From Rhodovastum atsumiense (lineage in GTDB: Bacteria; Pseudomonadota; Alphaproteobacteria; Acetobacterales; Acetobacteraceae): a stretch of 64,000 nucleotides of DNA. Below the pieces are notes generated by a model. It searched no databases. It saw only the letters and a list, made by a program, of their open reading frames with translations, and was not told the DNA's origin. The stretch covers positions 165 to 64,164 of the forward strand of contig JBBCJT010000030.1 in assembly GCA_037190665.1 (NCBI GenBank), read 5' to 3'. The position numbers and the translations under genes were made by a program. The number at the start of each line of letters is the position of its first letter. Position 1 is the stretch's first letter. Shown in pieces: positions 1 through 8,099 of the stretch.

Positions 1-704
1 GCGCGCAGGCGCCTTTCAACAACCGCAAGGTCCGCCAGGCGGTGATGACGGCGGTGAACCAGAAGGAGTACCTGGACGCGCAGGTCGGCGACGACACGCT
101 GGCCCAGACCTGCCCGTCGGTGCTGAGCTGCGAATCCCCCTATGCGGTCGACCTGCCGGGGCCGGGCGCCGATCTCGAACGCGGCCGCGCGCTGCTGCGG
201 GAGAGCGGTTACAACAACGAGAAGGTCATCATCCTGCACCCCGCCGACCTGCCGTCCGGCAGCGCGATGGCGCCGGTCACGGAACAGCTCCTCAAGGCGC
301 TGGGCATGAACACGCAGGTGGACTCGATGGACTGGAACAGCCTGCTCGCCCGGCGCAACCGCAACGTGCCGGTGTCCGAGGGCGGCTGGAGCATCGCGTG
401 GGGGCTTTGGTCGAACCTCGACCTGATGAATCCGGTCATCAACCTCAACCTCGATGGCCGCGGGGCGCGCGGCTATGTCGGCTGGGCCGACGCCCCGGAG
501 ATGGAGCGCCTGCGCGAGGCCTTCGCCTTCGAGACCGATCCGGCGAAGCAGATGGACATCGCCGCCCAGCTCCAGCGCCTGTCGAACGAGGAGGCGTTCT
601 CGATCCCGCTCGGCGGCTATCGCGCCGTGACGGCGCATCGCAGCAACGTGCGGGGCGTGGTGGCGGACCAGCTTCTGGTGTTCTGGAACATGGAAATCGC
701 CTGA
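1..704 (+). CDS. ABC transporter substrate-binding protein, family 5 (peptide/nickel type), C-terminal fragment; 5' end outside window
   Basis: Frame is open from nt 3 with no upstream stop (...APFNNRKVRQAVMTAVNQKEYLD...). Sequence is typical of family-5 SBP C-terminal lobes. Stop at 702-704. Confidence 0.8.
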   Translation, partial: AQAPFNNRKVRQAVMTAVNQKEYLDAQVGDDTLAQTCPSVLSCESPYAVDLPGPGADLERGRALLRESGYNNEKVIILHPADLPSGSAMAPVTEQLLKALGMNTQVDSMDWNSLLARRNRNVPVSEGGWSIAWGLWSNLDLMNPVINLNLDGRGARGYVGWADAPEMERLREAFAFETDPAKQMDIAAQLQRLSNEEAFSIPLGGYRAVTAHRSNVRGVVADQLLVFWNMEIA

Positions 705-715
705 GGAACGCGGGC

Positions 716-760
716 CTCCCCTCTCCCGCAAGCGGGGGAGGGGACGTTGCGTGACGCTTC
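716..760. repeat. GC-rich palindromic repeat unit (copy A of dispersed family): CCCCTCTCCCGC-loop-GCGGGGGAGGGGACGTTGCGTGAC
   Basis: Hairpin-forming unit 12 nt after the SBP stop. The same core CTCTCCCGC-N2-3-GCGGGAGAGG and the tail GGGGACGTTGCGTGAC recur at 35838-35971. Related units occur at 50507-50645 and 56357-56510. Confidence 0.7.
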
Positions 761-882
761 CCGCCTTCTTCCTTCCGGACGCATCGTCCCGGAGAAGGAT
801 GCTGCCTTCGGCTGATCAGCCGCCGCGTACACGTGTCATGCCCCCGGCGCCGGGCCGCATGAGCGCGTCCGCCCCGGCCAGT

Positions 883-896
883 TTGCAAAAACGCAA
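883..896. promoter_or_regulatory. NnrR/FNR-type box TTGCA-AAAA-CGCAA upstream of norC
   Basis: 14-bp dyad with one mismatch to TTGCG-N4-CGCAA. Its centre lies about 116 nt upstream of the norC ATG at 1006. Confidence 0.6.
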
Positions 897-1005
897 AGAG
901 TCCCCCTCGGCGACAGGATAGCCATGGCCGTATCCGGTTCCGCGGCGCCCGCGTCGCGAGGCCGTTGCAGGACCATCAACACCCGTGCTGCGGAAGGATC
1001 AGCGC

Positions 1006-1458
1006 ATGGCCGAACGTCTGACGAAAACGGGAGCGCGCAATGTCTTCTACGGTGGATCGATCTTCTTCTTCGTCATCTTCATCGGCCTGACCGCGCACAG
1101 CCATTACTACATGCGCACGCATTCGACCGACGAGTCGACGCTGACGTCGGCGGTCGCGCGCGGCAAGCATGTCTGGGAGCGCCATTCCTGCATCAACTGC
1201 CACACGCTGCTCGGCGAAGGCGCGTATTTCGCCCCCGAGCTCGGCAATGTCTGGAAGCGCTACGGCGGCGAAGATGATGCGGCGACCGCCCGCGAGACGC
1301 TCATCGCGTGGATGCAGGCGCAGCCCACCGGCATCGAGGGGCGCCGCCAGATGCCCCAGTTCAATCTCACCGAGCAGGAGCTGAACGACCTCGCCGCCTT
1401 CCTCGAATGGACGAGCCGGATCAAGACCCAGAACTGGCCGCCCAACGAGGCCGGCTGA
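1006..1458 (+). CDS. norC: Nitric oxide reductase subunit C (membrane-anchored cytochrome c)
   Basis: 150 aa from ATG 1006, with GGAAGGA 7 nt upstream; in-frame GTG 985 is an alternative start. N-terminal TM anchor and single haem-c motif CINCH. Lies immediately upstream of norB. Confidence 0.93.
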   Translation: MAERLTKTGARNVFYGGSIFFFVIFIGLTAHSHYYMRTHSTDESTLTSAVARGKHVWERHSCINCHTLLGEGAYFAPELGNVWKRYGGEDDAATARETLIAWMQAQPTGIEGRRQMPQFNLTEQELNDLAAFLEWTSRIKTQNWPPNEAG

Positions 1459-1494
1459 GATGGCGCTTCCGCAAGATCCGACCAGGAACAGGTC

Positions 1495-2844
1495 ATGACA
1501 CGATATCGCTCCCAGAACGTCGCGATGCTCTATTTCTACGGAGCGCTTGTGCTGTTCGTCGCACAGGTCGCCTTCGGTGTGCTCGCGGGCCTGATCTACG
1601 TTTTGCCCAACACGCTGTCCGAACTGCTGCCGTTCAACATCGTGCGGATGATCCATACCAACGCGCTGGTGGTGTGGCTGCTGCTCGGCTTCATGGGCGC
1701 GACCTACTACCTGCTGCCCGAGGAGACGGAGACCGAGCTCTACAGCACCAGGATAGCGGTGGTGCAGTTCTGGCTGTTCTTCGTGGCCGCCGCGATCGCC
1801 GTGGTCGGCTACCTGTTCCGCATCCACGAGGGACGCGAGTTCCTGGAACAGCCCTTCATCATCAAGGTCGGCATCGTCGTCGTGGTGCTGATGTTCCTGT
1901 TCAACATCACGCTGACGGCGCTGAAGGGCCGCAAGACCACGGTGACGAACATCCTGCTGTTCGGCCTGTGGGGTCTCGCGATCTTCTTCCTGTTCGCCTT
2001 CTACAACCCGACCAACCTCGCGCTCGACAAGCTCTACTGGTGGTACGTGATCCATCTGTGGGTGGAAGGCGTGTGGGAGCTGATCATGGCCTCCGTCCTG
2101 GCCTTCCTGATGATCAAGCTCACCGGCGTGGACCGCGAGGTGGTGGAGAAGTGGCTGTACGTGATCGTCGGCCTGGCGCTGTTCTCCGGCATCCTGGGCA
2201 CCGGCCACCACTACTACTGGATCGGCGCGCCGGGGTACTGGCAGTGGATCGGCTCGCTGTTCTCCACGCTCGAGGTCGCGCCGTTCTTCTCCATGGTGCT
2301 GTTCACCTTCCACATGACCTGGAAGGCCGGCCGCAACCATCCGAACAAGGCGGCGCTGCTGTGGGCGATCGGCTGCTCGGTGATGGCGTTCTTCGGCGCC
2401 GGCGTGTGGGGCTTCCTGCACACGCTGTCCTCGGTGAACTACTACACCCACGGCACCCAGATTACCGCCGCGCACGGCCACCTCGCCTTCTTCGGCGCCT
2501 ACGTGATGCTCAACCTCGCGGTGATGGCCTACGCCATCCCGGAACTGCGCGGGCGCGCGCCCTATAACCAGTGGCTCTCCATCACGAGCTTCTGGATGAT
2601 GGTCACGGCCATGTCGGTGATGACCTTCGCGCTCACCTTCGCGGGCGTTGTGCAGGTCCATCTCCAGCGCGTGCTCGGCCAGTCCTTCATGGAGGTGCAG
2701 GACCAGATCGCGCTGTTCTACTGGGTCCGGCTCGGCTCGGGCGTGATCGTGGTGATCTCGGCGCTGATGTTCATCTGGGCGGTGCTGGTGCCCGGACGGC
2801 AGGGCAAGGCGGAGCCGTACGGCCTCGCGCAGCCGGCCGAGTAA
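1495..2844 (+). CDS. norB: Nitric oxide reductase subunit B (cNOR catalytic subunit, haem-copper oxidase superfamily)
   Basis: 449 aa polytopic protein with conserved His motifs (HLWVEG, GHHYYWIG, HGHLAFFGAY). In canonical norC-norB order. Confidence 0.95.
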   Translation: MTRYRSQNVAMLYFYGALVLFVAQVAFGVLAGLIYVLPNTLSELLPFNIVRMIHTNALVVWLLLGFMGATYYLLPEETETELYSTRIAVVQFWLFFVAAAIAVVGYLFRIHEGREFLEQPFIIKVGIVVVVLMFLFNITLTALKGRKTTVTNILLFGLWGLAIFFLFAFYNPTNLALDKLYWWYVIHLWVEGVWELIMASVLAFLMIKLTGVDREVVEKWLYVIVGLALFSGILGTGHHYYWIGAPGYWQWIGSLFSTLEVAPFFSMVLFTFHMTWKAGRNHPNKAALLWAIGCSVMAFFGAGVWGFLHTLSSVNYYTHGTQITAAHGHLAFFGAYVMLNLAVMAYAIPELRGRAPYNQWLSITSFWMMVTAMSVMTFALTFAGVVQVHLQRVLGQSFMEVQDQIALFYWVRLGSGVIVVISALMFIWAVLVPGRQGKAEPYGLAQPAE

Positions 2845-2868
2845 CGGCAAGGGAGAGGACCCGCAGCG

Positions 2869-3690
2869 ATGAACATGCTCCGCCGCCCGTCGCCGCCCGC
2901 TCCGGGCGGCGAGCCCGGGGTTCCCGCCTACACCGCCTCCGGCCAGGAGTGCGCGCTGTTCGAGAAGGCGTGGGAGCGTGGCCTGCCCCTGTTGCTGAAG
3001 GGGCCGACCGGGGCGGGCAAGACGCGCTTCGTGCTGCACATGGCCGCCCGCCTCGGCCTGCCGGTGTCCACCGTGGTCTGCCATGACGACCTGACCGCGG
3101 CGGACCTCACCGGCCGGCATCTGCTGAAGGGCGGCGAGACGGTGTGGATGGACGGGCCGCTGACCCGCGCCGTCCGCGCCGGCGGGCTCTGCTACCTCGA
3201 CGAGATCGTCGAGGCGCGGAAGGACGTGGCGGTGGTGCTCCACTCGCTGACCGACGACCGGCGCATCCTGCCGCTGGAGCGCACCGGCGAGGAACTGCGG
3301 GCGCCGCCCTCCTTCATGCTCGTGATCTCCTACAACCCCGGCTATCAGAACCTGCTGAAGAACCTGAAGCCGTCCACCCGCCAGCGCTTCGTCTCCATCA
3401 CCTTCGACTTCCTGCCCCGCGAGCAGGAGATCGCCGTGGTGTCCCGCGAGAGCGGGCTCGGCGAGGCGGATGTCGCGCCGCTGGTGGACCTCGCGCGGCG
3501 GCTGCGCAGCCTCAAGGGCCAGGATATCGAGGAAGGCGTCTCGACCCGGCTCATCATCTACTGCGCGAGCCTGATCGGCGCCGGCATGCCGCTGCCCGCG
3601 GCGGTGACGGCGGCGCTGATCGAACCGCTGACCGACGAGCCCGAGGTCAAGGCCGCACTCGCCGAAATCGCCCGCGCCTGCCTGGGCTGA
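2869..3690 (+). CDS. norQ: NorQ, MoxR/CbbQ-type AAA+ ATPase for NOR maturation
   Basis: 273 aa with Walker A GPTGAGKT. RBS GGGAGAGG upstream. Sits between norB and norD. Confidence 0.9.
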   Translation: MNMLRRPSPPAPGGEPGVPAYTASGQECALFEKAWERGLPLLLKGPTGAGKTRFVLHMAARLGLPVSTVVCHDDLTAADLTGRHLLKGGETVWMDGPLTRAVRAGGLCYLDEIVEARKDVAVVLHSLTDDRRILPLERTGEELRAPPSFMLVISYNPGYQNLLKNLKPSTRQRFVSITFDFLPREQEIAVVSRESGLGEADVAPLVDLARRLRSLKGQDIEEGVSTRLIIYCASLIGAGMPLPAAVTAALIEPLTDEPEVKAALAEIARACLG

Positions 3691-3699
3691 GCGCGGCCG

Positions 3700-5601
3700 A
3701 TGCTCGATTTCCTCGAGCTTGAAGAGACGGTCGGCCGGTTCTGGCACCGGCTGGTCGGCGGCACCGCAAGCTGGCCCCGCCATCCCGACAGCGCGGTGAC
3801 GCTGGCCGAAATCGGCCCGATGCTCAGCGTCTGCTTCCGCGGCTTTGGCGGCGCACGCGGCATCCGCCTTGCTCCCGCGCACGGACGCAGCGCGGGCCAC
3901 CGGCTGAACTGGCGCCAGCGCGTGGGGCTGGGGGAGGAACGCCTCGCGCACCCGTTTCGCACCGCGGACAGCCTGCACCTGCCGCCCGAGATCGCGCTGT
4001 TCGCCGACGCCGCGCTGAACCGCGACCTCTATGTATGGCTGGCCGCCTGCATGGCCGCCTCCGCACCCGAACCCGTGGCCGAAGCCGATCCGCTGCAGCA
4101 GGACCTCGCGCTGCTGGCGGCGGCGGAGCGCATGGTCGATACCGTGCTGACGGCGTTTCCCGGCCTCGGCCCGCGCTACCATCGCCTCGCCGCCGCGACG
4201 CGCGCGGTCCGCGCCCGTGGCCCGCTGCCCGCGACCGAGGCACGGGTCGAGGCGCTGATCGGGCAACTGCTGGACAAGGAAGGCCCGGGCGCACCGCAGG
4301 TCGCCGTGGCCCCGCACGCCTGGGGCAGGGCGCCGCGCGGCTATCTGCCCGCGCTCGCCGTGCCGCTCTGGCCCTGGGTGGCGGTCCCCATCGCCGCGCC
4401 GTCCCGCCGCCGCGACGACGACGCGGCCCCGCGCCCGGCCCGCACGGATGCCGGCGCGATCCGCCACCACACGGCGCAGCGCGAGGAGGCGACGGACGGC
4501 AAGGACCGCAGCCCCTTCATCCTCAACCGCTTCGAGAAGATCCTCGCCATGTCGGAGATGGTGCGGGTCGACCGCCCGTCCGACGACAGCGACGACCACG
4601 ACCCGCAGGCCGCCGACGAGCTGGACGACATGGTGCTCGGCGAGCGCAAGGGCCGGCCGGCCGCGCGCTTCCGCTTCGATCTCGACCTGCCGCCCGAGGC
4701 GGTGGACCGCGCGCGGCTGACCGGCGCCGCGCTTTATCCGGAGTGGGACTTCCGCGCCGGCGCCTATCTCGACGATCATTGCCGCGTGCTCACCGGGCTC
4801 GTCGAAGCGGATGCCTCCGCCGGCGCCGACGATCCGGCCACGCGCGCGCTGGTACGGCGCGTGCGCAAGCAGTTCGAGGCGCTGCGCCCGCGTCGCGAGC
4901 CGCTGCGCGGGCAGATCGACGGCGCGGATCTCGACCTCGACGCGGTGGTGCGCCGGCAGACCGACCTCGCCGCCGGCGGCGCCGGCAGCGACCGCATCCA
5001 CATCGCCGGCCGGCCGCAGGCGTTCGACCTCGCGGTGACGACGCTGATGGACGTGTCGCTGTCCACCGATTCCTGGTTCGACGAGCTGCGGGTGCTGGAT
5101 GTCGAGAAGCAGGCGCTCTCGGTGCTGGCGCACGGACTGGCGGCGTGCGGCGACCGGCACGAGATCCTGACCTTCACCTCGCGCCGCCGCGACTGGGTGC
5201 GCATCGAGACGGTGAAGCGGTTCGACGAAGCCATGGGCGATGCGGTCGATGCGCGCATCGCCGCGCTGCGGCCCGGCTACTACACCCGCATCGGCGCCGC
5301 GATCCGCCACGCCGCCGCCGGTCTGAAGCGGCAGCCCGACCGCAGGAAGCTGCTGCTCGTGCTGACCGACGGCAAGCCCAACGACATCGACCACTACGAG
5401 GGGCGCTTCGCCATGGAGGACACGCGCAAGGCCGTTCTGGAAGCGCGGCGGACGGGCATCGCCGTCTTCGCCGTCACGGTGGACCGCGAATCGCGCGCGT
5501 ACATCCCGTTCCTGTTCGGACAGTCCGGCCACGCCATCGTCTCGCGGCTGTCGCGCCTGCCCGCGGCGCTGCCGGCGATCTACCGCGCGCTCGCGGCCTG
5601 A
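3700..5601 (+). CDS. norD: NorD, von Willebrand factor A domain protein partner of NorQ
   Basis: 633 aa with a C-terminal VWA domain: MIDAS-like D-x-S-x-S (DVSLSTDS) and LLLVLTDGKPND. Follows norQ. Confidence 0.88.
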   Translation: MLDFLELEETVGRFWHRLVGGTASWPRHPDSAVTLAEIGPMLSVCFRGFGGARGIRLAPAHGRSAGHRLNWRQRVGLGEERLAHPFRTADSLHLPPEIALFADAALNRDLYVWLAACMAASAPEPVAEADPLQQDLALLAAAERMVDTVLTAFPGLGPRYHRLAAATRAVRARGPLPATEARVEALIGQLLDKEGPGAPQVAVAPHAWGRAPRGYLPALAVPLWPWVAVPIAAPSRRRDDDAAPRPARTDAGAIRHHTAQREEATDGKDRSPFILNRFEKILAMSEMVRVDRPSDDSDDHDPQAADELDDMVLGERKGRPAARFRFDLDLPPEAVDRARLTGAALYPEWDFRAGAYLDDHCRVLTGLVEADASAGADDPATRALVRRVRKQFEALRPRREPLRGQIDGADLDLDAVVRRQTDLAAGGAGSDRIHIAGRPQAFDLAVTTLMDVSLSTDSWFDELRVLDVEKQALSVLAHGLAACGDRHEILTFTSRRRDWVRIETVKRFDEAMGDAVDARIAALRPGYYTRIGAAIRHAAAGLKRQPDRRKLLLVLTDGKPNDIDHYEGRFAMEDTRKAVLEARRTGIAVFAVTVDRESRAYIPFLFGQSGHAIVSRLSRLPAALPAIYRALAA

Positions 5602-5612
5602 AGGAGAGGGCG

Positions 5613-5768
5613 GTGAGCGACGCACAGATCGGCCTGATGGTCGCCGCGCCATGCATCGCGGTGATGGCGGTGCTGCTCTATCGCATGGGCGTGCTGCAGA
5701 AGACCGGCCTGATCACGGCGATCCTCGCCACGCTGGCCGTCGCGACGGTGCTGTTCCTCGAACAATAG
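5613..5768 (+). CDS. Small two-helix membrane protein (51 aa), last gene of the nor operon
   Basis: GTG start 5 nt after GGAGAGGG and 12 nt after the norD stop. Product VSDAQIGLMVAAPCIAVMAVLLYRMGVLQKTGLITAILATLAVATVLFLEQ has two hydrophobic segments. Too short to appear as its own ORF in the track. Confidence 0.45.
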   Translation: MSDAQIGLMVAAPCIAVMAVLLYRMGVLQKTGLITAILATLAVATVLFLEQ

Positions 5769-5797
5769 CGCGCGGCAGCGTCGCAAGCCGCACCTGT

Positions 5798-5811
5798 TTG
5801 CGGTGTCGCAA
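5798..5811. promoter_or_regulatory. Perfect NnrR-type box TTGCG-GTGT-CGCAA upstream of the DUF2249 operon
   Basis: Exact dyad. Its centre is about 77 nt upstream of ATG 5882, the same geometry as the nirK box. Confidence 0.7.
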
Positions 5812-5881
5812 AGTCACGAAGCCGGCGCCCGCCTTATCCTGTCGTGATCCGCCGTTCACGCGATCCGTAACGCGAGGCATC

Positions 5882-6175
5882 ATGCATACATCACCGTCTC
5901 AACCGCTGGACGTGCGGCAGATCCCCCCGCCGGTCCGCCACGCCACCATCTTCTCGATCCTGCAAGACCTCGCGCCGGGCACGTCGCTGTTCATCGTCAA
6001 CGACCACGATCCGGTGCCGCTCCATCGCCAGATAGATGCGCGTTATCCCGATGCCTATTCCTGGACCTACCTGTTGCAGGGCCCCGACCTCTGGCAGGTC
6101 GAGATCGGCCGGCTCGACGCGGCCGCGGAACACGCCGCCGGCTGCGATTCGGACGGCGGCTGCACCTGCGGCTGA
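5882..6175 (+). CDS. DUF2249 domain protein with Cys-rich C-terminal tail
   Basis: 97 aa. LDVRQIPPPVRHATIFSILQDLAPGTSLFIVNDHDPVPLHRQI...GPDLWQVEIGR matches the DUF2249 pattern as I recall it. Tail is GCDSDGGCTCG. Confidence 0.75.
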   Translation: MHTSPSQPLDVRQIPPPVRHATIFSILQDLAPGTSLFIVNDHDPVPLHRQIDARYPDAYSWTYLLQGPDLWQVEIGRLDAAAEHAAGCDSDGGCTCG

Positions 6176-6208
6176 GGTGGCCGCTCGCCGGCATCGGAGA
6201 AGCGGGTG

Positions 6209-7597
6209 ATGCCGATGGCATCGATCTCGCGCTGGACGATGAGCTACTTCGCCGTGGCGCTCGCCTTCCTGCTGACCGCCGAGGCGATGATGGCGGCCGG
6301 GATCGGCTACCCGTTCACGGACCTCGCCGATCCCGTCACGCTGATCCTCGTCCATCTGGTCACGATCGGCTGGCTGAGCCTGGCGATGGCCGGGGCGCTG
6401 ATCCAGTTCCTGCCGGTGCTGCTGGTGCAGCCGCTCGCCGCCCCGCGTCTCGCGCTGCCGGTGCTGGCGCTGATCGTCACCGGGCTCGGCGGGCTGTGCG
6501 CCGGCTTCCTCGCGGCATCCGGCCTGATTGCGCTGCCGGCCGAATTGCTGCCGGCGGGGGGCGTGCTGCTCCTCGCGGGGTTCGCCCTGCTCGTGTTCAT
6601 GCTGGGCCGGACGCTCGCCGGCGCGCGGCCGCTGGCGCAGGCACCCCGCTTCGTGGCGGTGGGCCTCGCCTGCCTGCTCGCCACCGCGTCGAGCGGGACG
6701 CTGTTCGCGGCCCTGCGGTCGGGAACGCTCGATCTTCCGGCCGCGGCCGGGCTGATGACGGCGGGGGTGCCCTATCACGCGCTGCTCGGCTTCGGCGGCT
6801 GGCTGAGCTTCACCGCGTTCGGCGTCAGCTACCGGCTGCTGTCGATGTTCATGATGGCGCCGGAGATCGAACGGCGCACCACGCGCGCCGCGCTGATCGG
6901 CGGCGCCGCCGCGCTGGCGCTCGCGGCGGCCGCGCTCGCCGCGCTGGGCCTGGACCGCGGCGATGGCGGGCTGCTGCTGGCGGCGGTGTCGGCGCTGGCG
7001 TTCGCCACGGCCCTCTACGGGGCCGATGTGGTCACGCTGTACCGCGTGCGGCGCCGCCGGCAGCTCGAGATCAACATGCAGGCCAGCATCGTCGCCTTCG
7101 CGATGCTGGCGCTGTCCGCCGTCGCATTGCCGGTCGCACTCGCGGCCGGGGTGCCGGCGTCCCTGCTGATCGCCCCGGTGTTTCTGTTCGCCTTCGGCTG
7201 GCTGTCCGGGTTGACGCTCGCGCAACTGGTCAAGATCGTCTCGTTCATGACCTGGCTCGAGACCTACAGCCGGTCGCTCGGCCACATCCGGCCGCCGCGT
7301 GTCGGGGAACTGCTCGCCGAACACCGCGCGCGGATCTGGTTCGCGCTGTATTTCGGCGGCGTCGCGCTGGGCACGGTCGCGCTCGTCGCCGGACCCGATC
7401 CGGCGTTCCGGATCGCCGCCCTGCTCTGCCTCGCCGGGACCGCCGGGATTGCCTGCGAGCTGATCCGCGTCCGCCGGCTGGCCGAGATCGACCCCGCCCG
7501 CCGCCCGCCGGACGGGCGCCGGCCGCGCCTGTTCCTGCCGCGTTCAGATGAGAGGAGACCCATCCATGGCGCCGTCCCCGCCCATCCGCGAGCTTGA
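6209..7597 (+). CDS. Uncharacterised polytopic inner-membrane protein (about 12 predicted TM segments)
   Basis: 462 aa from ATG 6209, with GGAGA 8 nt upstream; GTG 6206 is an alternative. Very hydrophobic. Repeated motif HLVTIGWLS / YHALLGFGGWLS. I recognise no family by eye. Confidence 0.7.
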   Translation: MPMASISRWTMSYFAVALAFLLTAEAMMAAGIGYPFTDLADPVTLILVHLVTIGWLSLAMAGALIQFLPVLLVQPLAAPRLALPVLALIVTGLGGLCAGFLAASGLIALPAELLPAGGVLLLAGFALLVFMLGRTLAGARPLAQAPRFVAVGLACLLATASSGTLFAALRSGTLDLPAAAGLMTAGVPYHALLGFGGWLSFTAFGVSYRLLSMFMMAPEIERRTTRAALIGGAAALALAAAALAALGLDRGDGGLLLAAVSALAFATALYGADVVTLYRVRRRRQLEINMQASIVAFAMLALSAVALPVALAAGVPASLLIAPVFLFAFGWLSGLTLAQLVKIVSFMTWLETYSRSLGHIRPPRVGELLAEHRARIWFALYFGGVALGTVALVAGPDPAFRIAALLCLAGTAGIACELIRVRRLAEIDPARRPPDGRRPRLFLPRSDERRPIHGAVPAHPRA

Positions 7598-8099
7598 CGT
7601 CCGGCCCATGCTGCAGGCCGGCGAGGAGCCGTTCCAGGCGATCATGGACGCGGTCGGCGCGCTGGCGCCTGGGGAGGCGCTGCGGCTCTACGCCCCGTTC
7701 CGGCCGGTGCCGCTGTTCTCCGTGATGGGCAACCGCGGCTTTTCCGCCCAGGACCGGCGGCTGCCGGACGGCGACTGGGAGGTGACCTTCACCCCGGTGG
7801 CGGGACTGGCGCAGGAAGAAGGCCTCTCCATCGGCAGCAGCCCCGCGGCCAATCTGTGGCCCAGCCCGATCGTGGAACTGGACCTGTGCGACCTCGACCC
7901 GCCGGAACCGATGGTCCGCATCCTGGAGGCGCTGCAGGAACTCGCACCCGGCGACACGCTGTTCGCGCTGCTGGCGCGCGAGCCGATCTTCCTGTTCCCC
8001 GAACTCGCCCGGCGCGGGCACGAATGGGCCGGCAATTTCGATGCGTCCAGGACGACCTATCGCCTGATGGTCCGCGTGGGCGACGTGCTCCAGCTATGA
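7566..8099 (+). CDS. Tandem (2x) DUF2249 domain protein
   Basis: 177 aa from ATG 7566, with AGGAG 8 nt upstream. Two DUF2249-like halves (LDVRPML...APGEALRL... and ELDLCDLDPPEPMVRILEALQELAPGDTLFAL...). Overlaps the preceding gene by 32 nt. Confidence 0.75.
   Translation: MAPSPPIRELDVRPMLQAGEEPFQAIMDAVGALAPGEALRLYAPFRPVPLFSVMGNRGFSAQDRRLPDGDWEVTFTPVAGLAQEEGLSIGSSPAANLWPSPIVELDLCDLDPPEPMVRILEALQELAPGDTLFALLAREPIFLFPELARRGHEWAGNFDASRTTYRLMVRVGDVLQL

Noticed and set aside
976-5652. A 1558-aa uninterrupted ORF on the minus strand spanning all of norCBQD.
   Set aside because: This is a shadow ORF. norC, norB, norQ and norD all start at positions congruent to 1 mod 3, and the antisense frame is in exact codon register with them. 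Antisense stops therefore require the sense codons TTA, CTA or TCA, which are very rare in this GC-rich coding DNA. The predicted protein is low-complexity (Arg/Gly/Ala/Asp/His-rich). The sense-strand genes have unmistakable NorCBQD sequences.
4035-5768. A 577-aa alternative-frame plus-strand ORF inside norD. Many other same-strand out-of-frame ORFs are similar, for example 1308-2567, 6496-7551, 15577-16833 and 52833-54113.
   Set aside because: These are Arg/Pro/Ala-rich off-frame translations of real genes. They have no start-site support and no family resemblance. Only the last 51 codons of this frame (5613-5768, downstream of norD) look like a genuine small ORF.
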